64,000 bases of DNA from NCBI GenBank assembly GCA_907165135.1, contig OU015569.1, positions 1,860,001 to 1,924,000 of the forward strand, read 5' to 3'. The stretch is from Oikopleura dioica. Lineage: Eukaryota > Animalia > Chordata. Numbering within the stretch: the stretch's first letter is position 1; the number at the start of each line of letters is the position of its first letter. Positions 60,337 through 64,000 of the stretch are shown here, one piece after another. A model generated the notes under the pieces. The model was not told the DNA's origin, ran no database searches, and was given only the letters and a program-made list of their open reading frames with translations. The translations under genes were made by a program, and so were the position numbers.

Positions 60337-63300
60337 TTATTTCTAAAATTGAAGAAGTGGAATGCCATTTGCATACCTTTTCAAGATAAGATTTCTGATG
60401 TTGGAGTTCTTTTTCGCGGATGTTTTGGATCAGGGTGAGTCTGTGATAGGCAGGCAGAGCCTCCATGTAACTGTCACTGTGGTTGACCCGTCGTATCGAG
60501 TCCGTGAACTAGAAAAGCATTGAGTGAAAGGAGATGAGAGCTTATGCTTACGCTTAGAGTTAGACTGTGATTGAGAATTTGGGAGGTCATCGCAGCGGGA
60601 AGATTTCTGTCAGAGAGGAAGATCGGCCCTCCAGCAGCGCCGACCTCCAGGGATTTGAAATTTTCTTGCTCGTTGATTGACAACTTGTGAAAGGGTTTGA
60701 ATTTGGATGGAAGACGGGTTTTCCGCGAGACGAACTGGCTCGTCAGAACTGTGTCGACTTTCACGAGAGTTGTTGTGACTGGACGAATTATGATTTCAAC
60801 GAAAGGGAAGTCGGAGTCTTGCGTGCCTGGCATGTAAGAACCTCCACTCTCGTCCCAAGTGATCATGATTTCACGATTACCTAAATGGATTTAATAAGAA
60901 TGAAATTGCAGAAGATATGATATCTTACCGATCGTGGCCAGCTTTTGATGGTCCTTATTCGTCGGCAGTAATGTAGCGACTGTATATTGTATTTTTGAAA
61001 TATCATCGCAGTGAAGATAAGTAAACTTGCCGTGTCGTGTAAAATCAAGTCCAGAAACAGCATGATTGTGTTCGGGGCCTTTTCGTTGGAGACGAACCTT
61101 GTCTCCAAGCCCTTCCAAGAATCGCGTGTATCGGACGCTGCCGCTCGAATTGTCAAAAATATCGGACCAGTTTTTCTGTCCAGGGGCTACGTAAACCAGG
61201 GCTACTTGAATCTTCGAAAAGGGCATGTGATCATCGAGTTGCTCAAGAAGATCGGGATGTGTAGCGCGCACCGGTAAAGAATCCTCTGGATTGCGACCGC
61301 GAGGGTACGCGTTGTCGTACAGCCAGAGATAGGCGCACTCGGGCGTCAGCACTTCATTGGCGAAGCCTTCGATCGACGCGTAGTTCCTGATCATGCCAGC
61401 TGGCTTTCGAATAACTTCCATGTACGAGACGCCGCAAGACTTTACCGGAATGGAAATTGAATGAACATTGTATCCACGTATCCAGTGAAAAGTTGGGGCA
61501 CCGACGAAAAACTAAAAAAAACCCATTACCTCCTACAATTATTAAAAAATACTCACATCAGCATAAACTGGATTTTCTTCTGCAAAAACTTTGTTGCCGA
61601 GCATGTTGTGCTTGAAAACATCACGGAGTGTCACCACAAGATCTTTGTTGAAATTAAGAATCTTCTCGAGCTTCGCCAGATCTTCTTTCAGCTTTCGTTC
61701 AAGTTTCTCTTTTTCCTCTTTTCCTTTTGCGCCGAAAGAACTTCTTCTATTTTGTGATTGTTTTTCTCTAAAAATAGAGATTATGGCTGCTGGTGTATTT
61801 TATTATTTAACGAACCTGACTTTGTTTTCGATTCTGTCGATGGCGGACTTGTACAAAAGACCTGTCTTGCCATGCGAGATGAGCAGATTCAAGTAACGAG
61901 GTCGCTTTTCGATCGCAAGGCGAAAAAGAGCTTCATAACACCTGTATAAGCAAGAGTGATGTTCATGTGCTGATCTGAGGGCGTGTCTTTTTGGTCGATG
62001 TCTCCATTGAGGAAGAAGCCGAAAATTTCGAACATGTGAACATAATTGTTCGATTTACTTAACCCAGTTTTATACAAAGAAAACGCAACCAAAACGTTTA
62101 AGATAAATGAGGGACGAAGAGTTTCAAAACTGTTTCTTGTGGCCAAATTGCTCAAATCTTCACCCGTGAAGATATGGCAAAGATCAGCCCGGCGAATGAG
62201 CGCAATCAAGAACTCGAGAAACCAGGGAATATTTTCACATGGCCAGTTGCGAGCCATTTTGTGCCGGAAGTAGTCGAATATGACATCGATTAACCAACTG
62301 ACTTCTGCACCAGGCTGCGATACGCGAACCTTCCAATCTTTAGTGAGGTTCTTTTTCAATGAATTTGAGTTATGAAGGTTTCGTTGTTTGGTGATTACTG
62401 CAAGATCTAGCGGTTATCGTAACCAAAAAGCTTGAGCTCCCCCGGGACGCCAAAACGCAACCGGATTCAATGTTCGGAATACGGGCTATTTCGTTGATCG
62501 ACTTTCGATCCGCGAATGAAATGATTCCGAAACTCTAGTTTTTAAACTAGAATTTAAATTCGGTAACATCAGAGCAATTTCTATTTTATGGTTTTGGAAC
62601 CTTTCATTTGGTGGGTAATTCGACAGCTGCGATCTTGAGAGAAGTTAGACACATCGTGTTGAAATTGATTACGTTTCTCTGCTCCTGTTTGATCGACTCT
62701 GAGGCAAGCATGGGACGGCAGGCCAGTGCCGATCGCCGGATAAACGTAGCCAGTACGTTTTCAGTCTCGCCCGCCTCTGGAAGAAAGCGCTCGTAACTTA
62801 AGAATCAGTCATTCAGGATAAATTGAACGAGCGCCTTTTACCTAAAGAGCAGGCCAAAAGCTGACACGGACAAGTAATTGAGATCCTCAAGGGTGTGCGT
62901 GTCCTTCGTGTCATTTTCTGACAAATAGAGTCGATACGATTTCCAGCAGTCGACGTGCGTTTTCTCGATCGAACGCTCGGAGGAAGAGAGCGAGTAGAAT
63001 GTAAGGAAGACTTTTTGAATCGTCTTCTTCTCGAGCGAACAAAACAGACTGTGATTCTCCAGCGCCTGCTTCAGGAAGAAAACGGCATTATAAATCAAAT
63101 CAATGGAGACAAAAGAAGCGCTGGATGGCTCTGTCAGCAAGGAGATCTCGCTGTGTAGTAGTTCTAGGAGCTTTGAGATGATTCTCTCCAGTTCAGGCTA
63201 GAGACAGGAGGGTAGAACTGTGAGTCATAGAAGGAATCATACCTGGCGGAGAGCACTTCTTGGAAAGATTAACTGGTTAAATGATAACTGGTCGTTGATA

Positions 63301-64000
63301 AGGCGCAGACTGAGCAATGATTTGTAGCAATCAATTTTTTGATGATAAATAACGTTCTGAAGAGATCCATTTTCTTGTGTCTTTTGGGTTAAGTGAATCA
63401 GGTACTCGAGGACGACGGGGAAGGCACACTGGAGATGGTTGCCAAGCTTGCGTTCGCTGAGCGTGAGCAAGTGCGTGAACATAAGTGAGTTGAAATAGCG
63501 GTGCTGTTCGGGGGTGAAGCAGTGTTGAACTGGGATGGAGCAGATGGGCATTCGGGTCGAGATAAATGTGTGGATAATCGAATAACAATGTTGAACATCG
63601 GATAGAATGAGGAAATTCGTATTAGAAACTGAAATATAAATTCTTAAAACAAATAACGGTATTTTTCATCGTTACCAAGTCGAAGAAGAAGTGAGAACAA
63701 TTTTTGAAAGTCTTGAAAGTTGAGATCGAGAGGAGGCGAATTTGAATTTTGAAGTCTCTTCTGAAAGAAATTGAAGATGTCGGTTGAAAGCTGGGCACTG
63801 ATGGTCTCCGAATGCATAGTCGAAAGAAATCGCTCGATCCTGTCGGTGGCAACTGAGAGATTTTCCTTCACAAGGGCTTTTTTCAGTCCACAAGAAAAAT
63901 AAAAAGAATAGATTATTGAGCGAGCCCGTTCCTCGAGAGGCAGATAAGAAAGAATGTTGGGTTCGGTGTTGACTTTGGACTCGCCATCTTTGTACATCTT
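60337..64000 (-). CDS. TSC2: Tuberin (TSC2), Rap-GAP-fold C-terminal domain; 5' part outside the window
   Basis: TPECAYLWLYDN, SKIQVALVYVAPGQ...GSVRYTRFLEGLG, GKFTYLHCDD, VATLLPT, IG|N and FLSDRNLP (human TSC2 IVSDRNLP), which favours TSC2 over RalGAPA. Confidence 0.82.

Overview
Eukaryotic DNA from a very compact animal genome: about 30 gene models in 64 kb and many 35-60 nt introns. It is most likely the larvacean tunicate Oikopleura dioica. This is inferred from the tiny introns, several GA-AG/GG-AG introns and operon-like gene spacing, not from a database match. I recognised no prokaryotic features, CRISPR arrays, rRNA or tRNA genes. Well-supported genes: Pax1/9, a complete L-type Ca2+ channel alpha-1 (CaV1), WDHD1/AND-1, DGAT1, BDH2, RPS3A, MKK3/6, RPL13, a PX-domain SGK, CHAF1B, CWC15, TSC2 (5' truncated), two GT31 galactosyltransferases, a PLA2-like protein, a PAN/EGF protein and a chromodomain protein. 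Highlights: (1) Three CaV1 junctions restore the conserved frame only if one G of the GT...AG boundary stays in the mRNA (GT-CA/GT-TA type). (2) Three intronic box C/D RNAs that the ORF track misses: two ~220-230 nt paralogues predicted to guide the 28S site used by vertebrate SNORD17, and one predicted to guide U2 snRNA Cm40. (3) These RNAs sit in a candidate six-gene trans-spliced operon. (4) The TSC2 GAP catalytic helix has lost its KRH motif. (5) Two small inverted-repeat elements. Exon coordinates were derived by hand and may be off by a few bases; no alignments or searches were run.
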